This document shows, piece after piece, positions 49,418 to 58,628 of a stretch of DNA of 64,000 nucleotides. The notes under the pieces were generated by a model. The model worked only from the letters and a program-made list of their open reading frames with translations. It ran no database searches and was not told where the DNA came from. This stretch comes from an uncultured Planctomycetia bacterium (GTDB taxonomy: Bacteria > Omnitrophota > Gorgyraeia > Tantalellales > Tantalellaceae). The stretch spans positions 246,353-310,352 of the forward strand of contig CAZGQR010000001.1 in NCBI GenBank assembly GCA_964527765.1. The letters are read 5' to 3'. Both the position numbers and the translations under genes were made by a program. Every line of letters starts with the position of its first letter. Within the stretch, counting starts at the first letter, position 1.

Positions 49418-50151
49418 GCCCCCGTCCCTTCTTTTTGGTCCCGCTGTGCCACGAGCTGATTGGCCCTCAGGAGAGAATCGAATGTCCCGGCATCCGTCCA
49501 CCATCCGTCAAGCTTTGAACATGTCAGCTGACCTTTTCCAAGATACATGTTATTCACGTCGGTTATTTCGAGTTCTCCCCGCCCGGACGGTTTTAGTTCC
49601 CTGACAAGATCAAAAACCCGGCCATCGTACATGTAGATCCCGGTAACGATATAACTGGTCTTGGGCTTCTTTGGTTTTTCCACGATACGGGTTATCCTGT
49701 CGCCGTCGAACTCGACCACCCCGAACCGCTCCGGGTTGGGAACATCCTTTATCAGGATCCTGGCGCCTTCGGCCTGGGCGGCAAATTCTTCCACTTCATG
49801 CCTGATACTTTTTTCGATGATATTATCACCGAGTATCACCACGCTCTTGTCCCCGTCGACGAAATGTTCCGCCAATCCCAGCGCTTCAGCTATTCCGCCT
49901 TCTTTCTCCTGATACGCGTAATTGATCCCCTTTAAACCGAAGTCATGCCCGTTCCCGAGCAGCCGCAGGAAGTTCCCGGCGTGAGGGCCTCCCGTGACCA
50001 CCATGATATCCTTTATGCCCGCCTCGACCAGGGTCTCAATAGGATAATAGACCATCGGCTTATTGTAGACGGGTAAAAGATGCTTGTTCGTGATCTTGGT
50101 AAGCGGGGACAGCCGCGAACCCAGCCCACCCGCCAATACTATGCCTTTCAT
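49414..50151 (-). CDS. rfbA: Glucose-1-phosphate thymidylyltransferase (short SpsI-like form)
   Basis: LAGG.GSRL.PLT...NKHLLPVY, RGELEITD and W.DAGT motifs; start ATG 50151. Confidence 0.9.
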   Translation of the reverse strand: MKGIVLAGGLGSRLSPLTKITNKHLLPVYNKPMVYYPIETLVEAGIKDIMVVTGGPHAGNFLRLLGNGHDFGLKGINYAYQEKEGGIAEALGLAEHFVDGDKSVVILGDNIIEKSIRHEVEEFAAQAEGARILIKDVPNPERFGVVEFDGDRITRIVEKPKKPKTSYIVTGIYMYDGRVFDLVRELKPSGRGELEITDVNNMYLGKGQLTCSKLDGWWTDAGTFDSLLRANQLVAQRDQKEGTGA

Positions 50152-50189
50152 CGCCTGCTCCTTGTTTTCTGTCTGCTGCAAGACCGGCA

Positions 50190-50636
50190 TTACTTGCGCC
50201 AATCAAACTCTATATCGTTGTCAAACGCATCGACCCGGTATTCATCGGGGTTACCGTGATCATAAGGCTCCGTGACCGTATTGACCACCACCGCTTCTTC
50301 ATCCCCCACGCATTTGAATCCGTGGTAGACCTCCGGCGGTATCTGCACGAGGAGCGGCTCCTCCAGGCTTATGACATATTCATCCACGTTGCCGAATGTC
50401 GGAGAATCCTTGCGGCCATCATACAGGCCAAGGCGCATCCTGCCCCTGATGCAGGTAAAGTTATCCGTTTGCTTTTTATGATAATGCCAGGCTTTTACCA
50501 CGCCGGGGAAAGCCGTGGTCATGTATACCTGCCCGAATTTTTCGAACAGGTCATCATCGCTGCGCAATATTTCCATCAGCCGCCCGCGCTCGTCCGGGAT
50601 CACCTTTAACCTTTTCACTCTGACACCCTCTATCAT
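50190..50636 (-). CDS. rfbC: dTDP-4-dehydrorhamnose 3,5-epimerase family cupin
   Basis: DERG, KAWHYH, D.R..SPTFG and HGF motifs; rfb context. Confidence 0.88.
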   Translation of the reverse strand: MIEGVRVKRLKVIPDERGRLMEILRSDDDLFEKFGQVYMTTAFPGVVKAWHYHKKQTDNFTCIRGRMRLGLYDGRKDSPTFGNVDEYVISLEEPLLVQIPPEVYHGFKCVGDEEAVVVNTVTEPYDHGNPDEYRVDAFDNDIEFDWRK

Positions 50637-50669
50637 CTGTCCCTCCTGTTTACTGACGTCTCGCGGCCA

Positions 50670-51965
50670 TCACCCGCGTCCGATCCCCGCATACCTGAAT
50701 CCCATGTCTTTCATTTTTTCGGGATCGTAGATATTCCTCCCGTCAAGAATGACGGGCTGCCTCATGACGCTCTTGAGCCTCTGCCAGTCGATCTCCTTGA
50801 ATTCGTTCCACTCGGTCATAAGCGCCACGCAATCCGCGTCCCGGGCGGCATCGTAGGCATCTTTGCAGTAAATGATCCGGTCGCCGAGCTCGGCCCTGGT
50901 CTTTTCCATGGCCGCCGGATCAAAAGCCTTTATCTTGGCTCCCGCCGCTATAAGACGCCTGATGATGTCTATCGAAGGTGCGGACCGGATATCGTCCGTA
51001 TTCGGCTTGAATGCCAGTCCCCATATTCCTATGATCTTGTCCGGAAGGTTCCATAACATGTCCGTGATCTTTGAGACCGCGAGTTCCTTCTGCATCTCAT
51101 TGATCTTCTGCACCTCTTTCAGCATATCGAACGGATACCCCAGCCTCTCGGAGATATGGATAAAAGCTTTCAGGTCCTTGGGAAAGCAGGATCCGCCAAA
51201 ACCTATGCCTGCCCCTAAAAAACGCCTGTTTATCCTGGGGTCCAGTCCTATGCCTTCCGCTACGGCATTGACATCGGTTCCCACTTTATCGCATATATTG
51301 CTTATGGCATTGATAAAAGATATCTTGGTGGCCAGAAAAGAATTGGAAGCGTGCTTGATAAGCTCGGCACCTTTTATGTTCGTGACCACGATCTTCGTGC
51401 GAAGAGGTTCATACAGTTCCCTTAATATCTTTTCCGCTTTTTCTGATTCCACGCCGATCACCACCCTGTCCGGGTTCATAAAATCCTCTATCGCCGTGCT
51501 CTCGCGCAGGAACTCGGGATTGGAAGCAATATCAAATTTATTGCTGTTCTTCCCGAACATGTTGATGGTATCTTTCACCCATCTGTTCGTCTCGACCGGA
51601 ACGGTACTTTTTTCCACTATAAGCTTGTAGGAATCCATGTTCTCCGCTATGACCCGCGAGACCTTTTCTATGCCCGTAAGATCGGCGCTGCCGTCCTCGC
51701 GGGGCGGTGTCCCTACGCATATAAAGATCACCTCGGCGGCTTTAACCGCTTCTTTGATGTCCGCGGTAAAGCTGAGCCGGTTGTTCCGGCGGTTTTTCCT
51801 TACGAGCTCCTCGAGACCCGGCTCATATATGGGGATGTCGTCATTATTCAGTGATTCTATCTTTTTTTCATCATTGTCCGCACAAACGACCTCGTTCCCG
51901 AGATCGGCAAAACAAGTCCCCGTTACAAGGCCCACGTATCCTGTCCCAATGATCGCCAGTTTCAT
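50670..51965 (-). CDS. ugd: UDP-glucose 6-dehydrogenase
   Basis: GTGYVGL, KSTVP, SNPEFLRE, GFGGSCFPKD and AFKPNTDD.R motifs. Confidence 0.95.
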   Translation of the reverse strand: MKLAIIGTGYVGLVTGTCFADLGNEVVCADNDEKKIESLNNDDIPIYEPGLEELVRKNRRNNRLSFTADIKEAVKAAEVIFICVGTPPREDGSADLTGIEKVSRVIAENMDSYKLIVEKSTVPVETNRWVKDTINMFGKNSNKFDIASNPEFLRESTAIEDFMNPDRVVIGVESEKAEKILRELYEPLRTKIVVTNIKGAELIKHASNSFLATKISFINAISNICDKVGTDVNAVAEGIGLDPRINRRFLGAGIGFGGSCFPKDLKAFIHISERLGYPFDMLKEVQKINEMQKELAVSKITDMLWNLPDKIIGIWGLAFKPNTDDIRSAPSIDIIRRLIAAGAKIKAFDPAAMEKTRAELGDRIIYCKDAYDAARDADCVALMTEWNEFKEIDWQRLKSVMRQPVILDGRNIYDPEKMKDMGFRYAGIGRG

Positions 51966-51977
51966 GAACAACTCCTT

Positions 51978-52031
51978 AATGAGACCATAACTTACACGAT
52001 CGACAGAGAACGTAAGTTATATGGTCGAATT
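51978..52031. repeat. Palindromic element family B, copy 2
   Basis: AATGAGACCATAACTTACACGATCGACAGAGAACGTAAGTTATATGGTCGAATT aligns to the reverse complement of 28826-28878. Confidence 0.8.
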
Positions 52032-52129
52032 AACCCCGCACCCGGGTATTTATGCTTTTACGATAATCACCGGGGCGCGGAACCAGGTTCCCGAACACAC
52101 TACTATCGTAATATTATATATGGGCTAAA

Positions 52130-52158
52130 ATTATAACATATTATAGTTTAGACCGCAA
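52130..52158 (-). promoter_or_regulatory. Putative promoter of the LPS/glycan cluster
   Basis: TTGCGG (52158-52153), 17 bp, extended -10 TG-N-TATAAT (52135-52130). Confidence 0.6.
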
Positions 52159-52167
52159 TAGCACCTG

Positions 52168-54402
52168 TTATTTGGGCATGTGCGCGGCGCCCGGCGGGCG
52201 TTTGGAGAACGATCTGCTCAGTCCCAGCGGCAGATCGGGGAAGGCTTTGATCCTGAAAACCAGCCAAAATGTGAAATTATCCCTGATCAGGTTGCCTCCG
52301 TCAACGTCATAAGCAAACTCCACCTCCCAGCAGTGAAGGTCCCTGGTTATCGACACCTGCTGCTCCTCAATAGACATTCTCTGCAGGTCAACCCTCTCAT
52401 ACCACCCTACCTGCCATTTCGGATTCAGCCGGTAGTTCAGGTCGAACGTAAATTGATTCCGCGGCTCGGGTGTCTTTTTTTCGTACCGGTACCCCATGTC
52501 CACCCGGAAAAAATCCCAGGGGCGCAAAGAAGCTTCGATGCTGGCAGTGTTTACTGTCTCGTTCTCCGGAGCGATTTCCATCTTGCTTTCCACGTAAAGC
52601 CATTTATACGGCCTGAGTTCCAGGTCAAATTTAAGATCTCTGAACTGGCCGTTATCTTCAAATGCGAAGCTTTTTTTCTTCATTCGGAAAAGATAATCCA
52701 CGCTGGCAATAAACCTGACAAGATCGACCGTTTCCAGGCCGCTGTCGCCGGGGCGCTTGGTCTGTAATTTATTCTCCAGGGAGAGCGTTACTCCGTTCTC
52801 CTTTTCAAGCGAGTCTATGCTGTCCATCTGAAAAAGATTGTCTTTACTGACGGTCGGCTGGTGCACATGAAAATAACCGGCGCTGGGGGCAAAGATGTGC
52901 CTTAGTCCGTTAATATCGAGCCCCATAAAATCGGTTTCGATATCAAAAATACGGTAGAACCGGGAAGAAACGTCAAGTCCTCCTCCTACGGCAGTGCGAT
53001 AAACGGGGTCGGCTCTCCATTTCGTATGACCGTACGCCGTTCCCCTGAACGTTCCGTACGGGACGAATTCCAAAGGGCCAAGATGCGCGGCGTAGGAAAG
53101 CTTGTGAAAAGAATCGAATCTGTTCACGCTTTCCGAGGACTGGCTCCCGGAAGCGTATTTTTTCTCGAACATGGTCGCCGACATCTCAGAGTTATAGTAA
53201 AGCGGAAAATCCCATAATCTCTGATCCGGAATATCCAGTTTGAGTTCAGGCAGTCTTTCCGTCACGGTATAAAAATCATTGAACCGTGTATTGGCCCCGA
53301 TGCTGAGCGTATAGTTCTGTTTGGCCGATATGACGGAAATATAATTCAGGGGTGTGCGGTTATTCTCCTCGTACTCGTTGTAAAAATAATCTCTCAGGAC
53401 ATTTTCGTCGCTGACCCTGTTAAATTCCAGCATCCCGACAGTTCCCGGGTCGAAATCTATCCGATGCTTCCACTGGAACCTCTTCCGCAATTCCGGATCT
53501 ATCCCTCCCTCGCCCTCAAAAGGCGTGCGCTCGTATGTCCCCTTATCGTTCTGGTGGATAAAATATGAACGGAACAGGCCTTCCCCGAGCCCGGGCATCT
53601 CGAAATCCGAGGCATTGTAGTAAAAGTCCGCGCCCTCGGCAAATCCTTTCTTGCTTCTGTAATCGGCGAGGACATCGACCCTGCTGTTCCCCCTTATATA
53701 GAACCGCCATGCCGATAAAAGAAAATATCCCCAGTCACTGCTCTGGCCGGGAACGAACTGGACCTTGGCGCGGCTCTGTATGATCGGATGATAATAATAC
53801 GGGAACCACAGGACAGGAACCTTTCCGATATAGAAAAAGACGTTCTTGGCGATGACCTTCTCGTCCGGAAATACCTGTATCTCTTCCGCCCTTATGCTGT
53901 AATGCGGTTCATCAAGGTCGCAGGTGGTGATAAAACCTTTTCGGAGAAGATATTCGTTCTCTCCGACCTTAGCGCTTTCTTCGGCATGGCCGAACCACGG
54001 AAACGCCTCGACCTCTCCGCCTATGATCTCTCCTTCTCTCTTGATAAAATCATACCGTATCCGGTCGCCGGTAAGCGTGCCTTCGGGCTGTTCGATAACG
54101 ACATTGCCCTCGCAAAGAGCCCTTCGGGTCCTGGTGTTCACTTCTATCCTGTCGCAGGTCAGCTTTACGTTGCCATGCGTGATGGAAACATTGCCCTCCG
54201 CGACGATCCTGGCTTCCTTCTCAAAATATTCCACCTTATCCCCGTCAACTATGATAGGTTGACCCGGCTTCAGCTGTTTGAGCAGATCGTCGTCCTGGGC
54301 AAAGGAACACGCGGATCCAGCGCATAAAAATGCGCATATGATCAATAATGTCGCTCCCGCGATCCTCAAATCTGACGATATCCTTTGCTTCATCATTTTC
54401 AA
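52168..54402 (-). CDS. lptD: LPS-assembly protein LptD
   Basis: Signal peptide, OstA-like jellyroll (AEGNV), TTCD..PHY, P.LWFPY and C-terminal barrel with DLHCW; start may be ATG 54396 or 54393. Confidence 0.85.
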   Translation of the reverse strand: MKMMKQRISSDLRIAGATLLIICAFLCAGSACSFAQDDDLLKQLKPGQPIIVDGDKVEYFEKEARIVAEGNVSITHGNVKLTCDRIEVNTRTRRALCEGNVVIEQPEGTLTGDRIRYDFIKREGEIIGGEVEAFPWFGHAEESAKVGENEYLLRKGFITTCDLDEPHYSIRAEEIQVFPDEKVIAKNVFFYIGKVPVLWFPYYYHPIIQSRAKVQFVPGQSSDWGYFLLSAWRFYIRGNSRVDVLADYRSKKGFAEGADFYYNASDFEMPGLGEGLFRSYFIHQNDKGTYERTPFEGEGGIDPELRKRFQWKHRIDFDPGTVGMLEFNRVSDENVLRDYFYNEYEENNRTPLNYISVISAKQNYTLSIGANTRFNDFYTVTERLPELKLDIPDQRLWDFPLYYNSEMSATMFEKKYASGSQSSESVNRFDSFHKLSYAAHLGPLEFVPYGTFRGTAYGHTKWRADPVYRTAVGGGLDVSSRFYRIFDIETDFMGLDINGLRHIFAPSAGYFHVHQPTVSKDNLFQMDSIDSLEKENGVTLSLENKLQTKRPGDSGLETVDLVRFIASVDYLFRMKKKSFAFEDNGQFRDLKFDLELRPYKWLYVESKMEIAPENETVNTASIEASLRPWDFFRVDMGYRYEKKTPEPRNQFTFDLNYRLNPKWQVGWYERVDLQRMSIEEQQVSITRDLHCWEVEFAYDVDGGNLIRDNFTFWLVFRIKAFPDLPLGLSRSFSKRPPGAAHMPK

Positions 54403-54415
54403 TGCCTTGCGCCGA

Positions 54416-55810
54416 TCATGCCGCGCAAACGGTATTCCGACCCTTTCGTTTTGCCTTGTAAAGGGCGGTATCAGCTCTTTCTATCAGCGACTCAACATCC
54501 TCTCCGTCCTCCGGATAGGTGGCAATGCCCACGCTGACCGTTATTTTTGCTTCCTCGTCAAAAGCTTTGATCTTCCCGGATTCTATGGATTTTCGCAAGC
54601 GCTCCGCGACGGTCAGGGCAAGCTTTTTTGTCGTTTCAGGAAGGGCGATACAAAATTCCTCTCCGCCGTACCTGGCGATCATATCGACTTCCCTTACCGA
54701 GCCCTTTAATCTTTCCGCTATCTTTTTCAGGACAACATCGCCGACGAGATGGCCATACCTGTCATTGCACTGCTTGAAATGATCGACATCCACCATGCCT
54801 ATTGAGAACGTCAGTCCCAGGCGGCTTGCCCTGTCCACCTCTTCTTTTAACCTTCCCATCAGATACCGTCTCAGGTACACTTCAGTGAGCCCGTCGATTA
54901 TCGAAAGTTCCTGGACCTGCTCGTACAACTCCACTTTTCTGAACTCCAGGGCGATCTGAGAAACAAGGATGCGGAACCTGCTGTAACTGGACTTGGAAGC
55001 GCCTTCGATCGCAAGTATCGCGCGGAGGTCATCGCCCACGAACAGAGGAAATACCAAAAAGGTGTCGTCCCTTGCATTTATCGAATCGAACAGGTCCGGC
55101 TCCTCGTCCCTGCTGACGAAGAACGGCCTGGAATCCCGGCGGCGGGTCCAGTCCACAACCGCCTCATACTCCAGTATCCTTTCGCTGTCCTCATAATAAT
55201 CTTCGTCGCCCACGCTCTTTGATATGCCGCGGGAAAATTCCCCCTTACTGAAGGTCAGAAGATGCGTTATCTTGAATTTGAAGTTCTCTTCAAGAAAATC
55301 AAACAGGGCGTTCAAAAGATCCTCGATCTTCAGCGTCGGGGCAAGCTTTTTTGTTATTTCATAAAGACGTGAAATGCGCGTCAACTCGGTTTCTATTTTC
55401 CTTCCCCTGCGGTCTAGATCCTCCAACTTGTTGACGATACTGTCATATTCGCGCTGACGGACCTGAATATCGGATTCCTGATATGAGAAAAAAGACAAAT
55501 ACAGGTATCTCACCAGATAACTGGCCGCGGCTGCAGAGACCATAAGGCCCGTGATGACGAGCACATCTATAACGTTCAACGCCCCCACGTAATGGTAAAA
55601 TATGAAAAACGCCAGATTGATGGAAAGCAGGGCCGCCGTGAGGGGGAGTGTCATCACGAACGGAGCGATGATAAAAATGAGCGAGATCATGAAAAGGACC
55701 AGATATTCATCGCCCTGCGGCAACTTATAGAACATCCAGCTGACGGCCATCAGCAGGATATTCAAGCCGAATACGATGATCCATTTTGTTTTGCTGGCGT
55801 CTTTGGACAT
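54416..55810 (-). CDS. Membrane GAF-like/GGDEF diguanylate cyclase with an RxxD I-site
   Basis: N-terminal TM helices, coiled coil, DGLT, DVDHFK..ND.YGH..GD and REVD-MIARY-GGEEF; TGATG coupling at 55810. Confidence 0.92.
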   Translation of the reverse strand: MSKDASKTKWIIVFGLNILLMAVSWMFYKLPQGDEYLVLFMISLIFIIAPFVMTLPLTAALLSINLAFFIFYHYVGALNVIDVLVITGLMVSAAAASYLVRYLYLSFFSYQESDIQVRQREYDSIVNKLEDLDRRGRKIETELTRISRLYEITKKLAPTLKIEDLLNALFDFLEENFKFKITHLLTFSKGEFSRGISKSVGDEDYYEDSERILEYEAVVDWTRRRDSRPFFVSRDEEPDLFDSINARDDTFLVFPLFVGDDLRAILAIEGASKSSYSRFRILVSQIALEFRKVELYEQVQELSIIDGLTEVYLRRYLMGRLKEEVDRASRLGLTFSIGMVDVDHFKQCNDRYGHLVGDVVLKKIAERLKGSVREVDMIARYGGEEFCIALPETTKKLALTVAERLRKSIESGKIKAFDEEAKITVSVGIATYPEDGEDVESLIERADTALYKAKRKGRNTVCAA

Positions 55811-57243
55811 CACTTTGAACATACCGTGTTCTTTCCCTCTGCTTTTGCCTTATACAAATATCTATCCGCTTCCCATATAATATCTTCTCTGAGCCTGGCA
55901 TCCTCGGGAAATACCGCAACGCCGGCAGAGACCGTAACGGTATATTTTTGCCTGCGCAGGACCACCGGCCTGGACTGGATCTCCTTCCTGATGCTGTCGG
56001 CAAGTTTGACCGCCTTCTTTTTGGCGCAATTAAGGGCCAGAAAGGCGAACTCCTCCCCTCCGTACCTGGCGACAATATCGCCGGCGGAAGCCTTGGACTT
56101 CAATATCTGCCCTATATTCTTGAGGACCGCATCCCCTGCGATATGCCCGTGTTCATCGTTGAAATCCTTGAAATTATCGATATCCAGCATCAAAAGCGCG
56201 AAGGAACTGTCGCTGTGTAATGCCCTTTTCACCTCTCCCTCAAGGCGATCCATAAAATACCTGTGCACGTAAAGGCCGGTCAAGCCGTCCCTTATGGCCA
56301 GTTCTTCGGTCTGACGGTACAGGCGCGCGTTCTGCAGCGCAACAGCCGAAAGTTCCCCGATAATATCCAGAATACGCAGTTCGTGCTGGGTAAAAGCGGT
56401 CTCGCGCGGCGAATCCACCCTCAGCATCCCAAGAACACTGCTTTCCATTATCAGCGGCTTGATTATCAAGGAAGTGGAATCATCTTTCAGTTCCTCGCCT
56501 CCGACTGAAAACCGGAAATCCTTCCTCACGTCCTTCACAAGAAGGCTCTTCATGTTTTTCAACGCCCACCTGTCGAAAATACCGCCTTTCTTCATGATAT
56601 ACGCGTCACGCTTCTCGCCTTTTGACGTAAAGGAAAGATTGAGCTCATTATGCGCTTCATCGAGCATGAACAGTAAGACCCTGTTATCCCCTCCGTAGAT
56701 ATTGAATGTCTCCTCCGATACGATCCTTATGATATCCTCGTCCGAAAGAGAGAAACTTAGCCTGTCCGCTATGTTCTTAAGTTTAAAGAGGTTTTCTATC
56801 TTTTTGCCCATAGCTGAAATTTCGGCTTTCCTGTTCCTTCTGTGGTTCTCTATAAGATTGATATCTTCACGGATCCTTTCCATCGTAACCGTGTATTTCT
56901 GACTGGAAACGTTGATCTTCCTGAAAATATAGTAACCTATAAAACTGCTGAGGAAAAAAGCCATGATCAGAACACTGTAATAGTAGGTGTTCAGGTCGAT
57001 CAGGGACCTGTACAGAAAGATCATGGTTATCAGAAAAGAAGCCAGACCGCCGAATACTCCCAGCAGGCTCCAGAAAAGCATGATGACCAGGCTTATCATG
57101 ATCATCAGGCTGATAGCGATAAGTTCCAGGTGCTGTATCCGGCTTCCAAGAGATGGAACGTAGCTATTAAGACAATACAGCAGCCCCGTGAACAGGACAA
57201 CGGAAACCGGTATGAGGAGATTCCTTTTTGTAAAAGGAGTCAT
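55810..57243 (-). CDS. Membrane GAF-GGDEF diguanylate cyclase lacking an I-site
   Basis: N-terminal TM helices, GAF (DVRKDFRF..PL..LG.L...FT..E), DGLT and SAGD-IVARY-GGEEF; start ATG 57243 (ORF-track TTG 57282). Confidence 0.92.
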   Translation of the reverse strand: MTPFTKRNLLIPVSVVLFTGLLYCLNSYVPSLGSRIQHLELIAISLMIMISLVIMLFWSLLGVFGGLASFLITMIFLYRSLIDLNTYYYSVLIMAFFLSSFIGYYIFRKINVSSQKYTVTMERIREDINLIENHRRNRKAEISAMGKKIENLFKLKNIADRLSFSLSDEDIIRIVSEETFNIYGGDNRVLLFMLDEAHNELNLSFTSKGEKRDAYIMKKGGIFDRWALKNMKSLLVKDVRKDFRFSVGGEELKDDSTSLIIKPLIMESSVLGMLRVDSPRETAFTQHELRILDIIGELSAVALQNARLYRQTEELAIRDGLTGLYVHRYFMDRLEGEVKRALHSDSSFALLMLDIDNFKDFNDEHGHIAGDAVLKNIGQILKSKASAGDIVARYGGEEFAFLALNCAKKKAVKLADSIRKEIQSRPVVLRRQKYTVTVSAGVAVFPEDARLREDIIWEADRYLYKAKAEGKNTVCSK

Positions 57244-57250
57244 GAAAAGT

Positions 57251-58354
57251 TCAGACAATTGTTTTTTCGGTTGCTTTGTCAAAAAAATGGATCTTACTCA
57301 TGTCAAAGACGACATCCATGTCCTGATTTATCTGCGGATTGGCATCGCCCGCGACCCTGGCGACCAAAATGTGTCTACCGCTATTCATATGGATATACAT
57401 TTCCGACCCCAGATGCTCAACCACTTCGCATGTCATCGTCACGATGTTCTCAGGAGGCGCTTCTGAAACAAAAAGCTTCTCATAGATGTCTTCGCTTCTT
57501 ACGCCCATGATCACGCGCTTATCGATATAATCCTGAAGGGCGTCATACATCCCTTCAACTATTTTTATCCGGAAATTGCCCTCATCGAAATACAGCTTCA
57601 TCTCTTTTTTTATGATCTTGCCTTCCAGGAAGTTCATTGGCGGCGCGCCTATAAAACTGGCAACAAATCTGTTGAGCGGCGAATTATACACATTCGTCGG
57701 AGTGCCTATCTGCTGTATGATGCCGTCTTTCATCACGACTATCCTGTCACCCAATGTCATGGCCTCGATCTGATCGTGAGTGACATATATCATCGTTGCC
57801 TGGAGCCTTCTATGCAGTCGACGGAGCTCTGTCCTCATCTGTACCCTGAGCTTAGCGTCGAGATTACACAAAGGTTCATCGAAAAGAAATACTTTAGGTT
57901 TTCTGACAATCGCTCTTCCGACCGCCACGCGCTGACGCTGGCCGTCGGAAAGTTCCTTGGGTTTCCTTTTAAGCAGTTTTTCCAATCCCAGTATAGCGGC
58001 CCCTTCCCTCACCCTTAAATTTATCTCATCTTTGGGGTATTTCTTTAATTTTAATCCGAAAGCCATGTTCTCGTATACGTTCATATGCGGGTAAAGGGCG
58101 TAATTCTGGAACACCATGGCTATATCCCTGTCCTTGGGAGAGACAGAGTTGACTTTTTTGCCGCCGATATAAATATCCCCCTTCGTGGCAGCTTCCAGTC
58201 CCGCTATCAGTCTCAGGGTCGTTGATTTTCCGCAACCGGAAGGCCCGACGAGGACAACAAATTCCTTGTCTTCGACTCCGAAACTTGCGTCATTAACGGC
58301 CTCAACGCCGCCCGGGAAAGTCTTGGCCACATTTCTCAAGCTGACCTGCGCCAT
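57251..58354 (-). CDS. MalK/UgpC/MsmK-type sugar ABC ATPase (orphan)
   Basis: GPSGCGKST, MVFQNYALYPHM, LSDGQRQR, YVTHDQ.EAMT and C-terminal TOBE domain. Confidence 0.93.
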   Translation of the reverse strand: MAQVSLRNVAKTFPGGVEAVNDASFGVEDKEFVVLVGPSGCGKSTTLRLIAGLEAATKGDIYIGGKKVNSVSPKDRDIAMVFQNYALYPHMNVYENMAFGLKLKKYPKDEINLRVREGAAILGLEKLLKRKPKELSDGQRQRVAVGRAIVRKPKVFLFDEPLCNLDAKLRVQMRTELRRLHRRLQATMIYVTHDQIEAMTLGDRIVVMKDGIIQQIGTPTNVYNSPLNRFVASFIGAPPMNFLEGKIIKKEMKLYFDEGNFRIKIVEGMYDALQDYIDKRVIMGVRSEDIYEKLFVSEAPPENIVTMTCEVVEHLGSEMYIHMNSGRHILVARVAGDANPQINQDMDVVFDMSKIHFFDKATEKTIV

Positions 58355-58379
58355 GTTAGCTCCTTTGGCATATCACATT

Positions 58380-58408
58380 TATATACAATATATCATATTA
58401 ATTGTCAA
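58380..58408 (-). promoter_or_regulatory. Putative sigma70 promoter of ATPase-DGC-DGC-lptD
   Basis: TTGACA (58408-58403), 17 bp, TATATA in an AT-rich tract. Confidence 0.55.
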
Positions 58409-58455
58409 CTATAATAGACAGTATTTTCTGAAGTATTCGTGGAGATTTAATAAAA

Positions 58456-58478
58456 TGGCGGAGAGGGAGGAATCTCAA
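58456..58478 (-). other. tRNA-Ser-like 3'-end fragment (att-site remnant), not a full tRNA
   Basis: Minus strand TTGAGAT-TCCTC-CCTCTCC-G-CCA = degenerate T-loop, 3' T-stem, acceptor strand, G discriminator and CCA. No matching 5' T-stem or anticodon arm. Confidence 0.65.
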
Positions 58479-58628
58479 GTACGCTAAACAGTGCCGACCC
58501 CGACGCGAGCTTTTCGCTCCTCCCCTATGCTCAAATTGGACATGTTCTGTAGAATTTGAGATAAAATCAAGCATCAAAGGACAATGTGCTTAGCTTTAGG
58601 GTCAGGCGATGCCGCCTGCCGCGGCTAC

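Noticed and set aside
58456-58545. Full tRNA-Ser gene
   Set aside because: Only the 3' ~23 nt are tRNA-like; there is no pairing 5' T-stem, anticodon arm or canonical D-loop.
58603-58618. Terminator after the MFS gene (CAGGCG-ATGC-CGCCTG)
   Set aside because: The hairpin is present but lacks a following U-tract on the minus strand, so it is not called.
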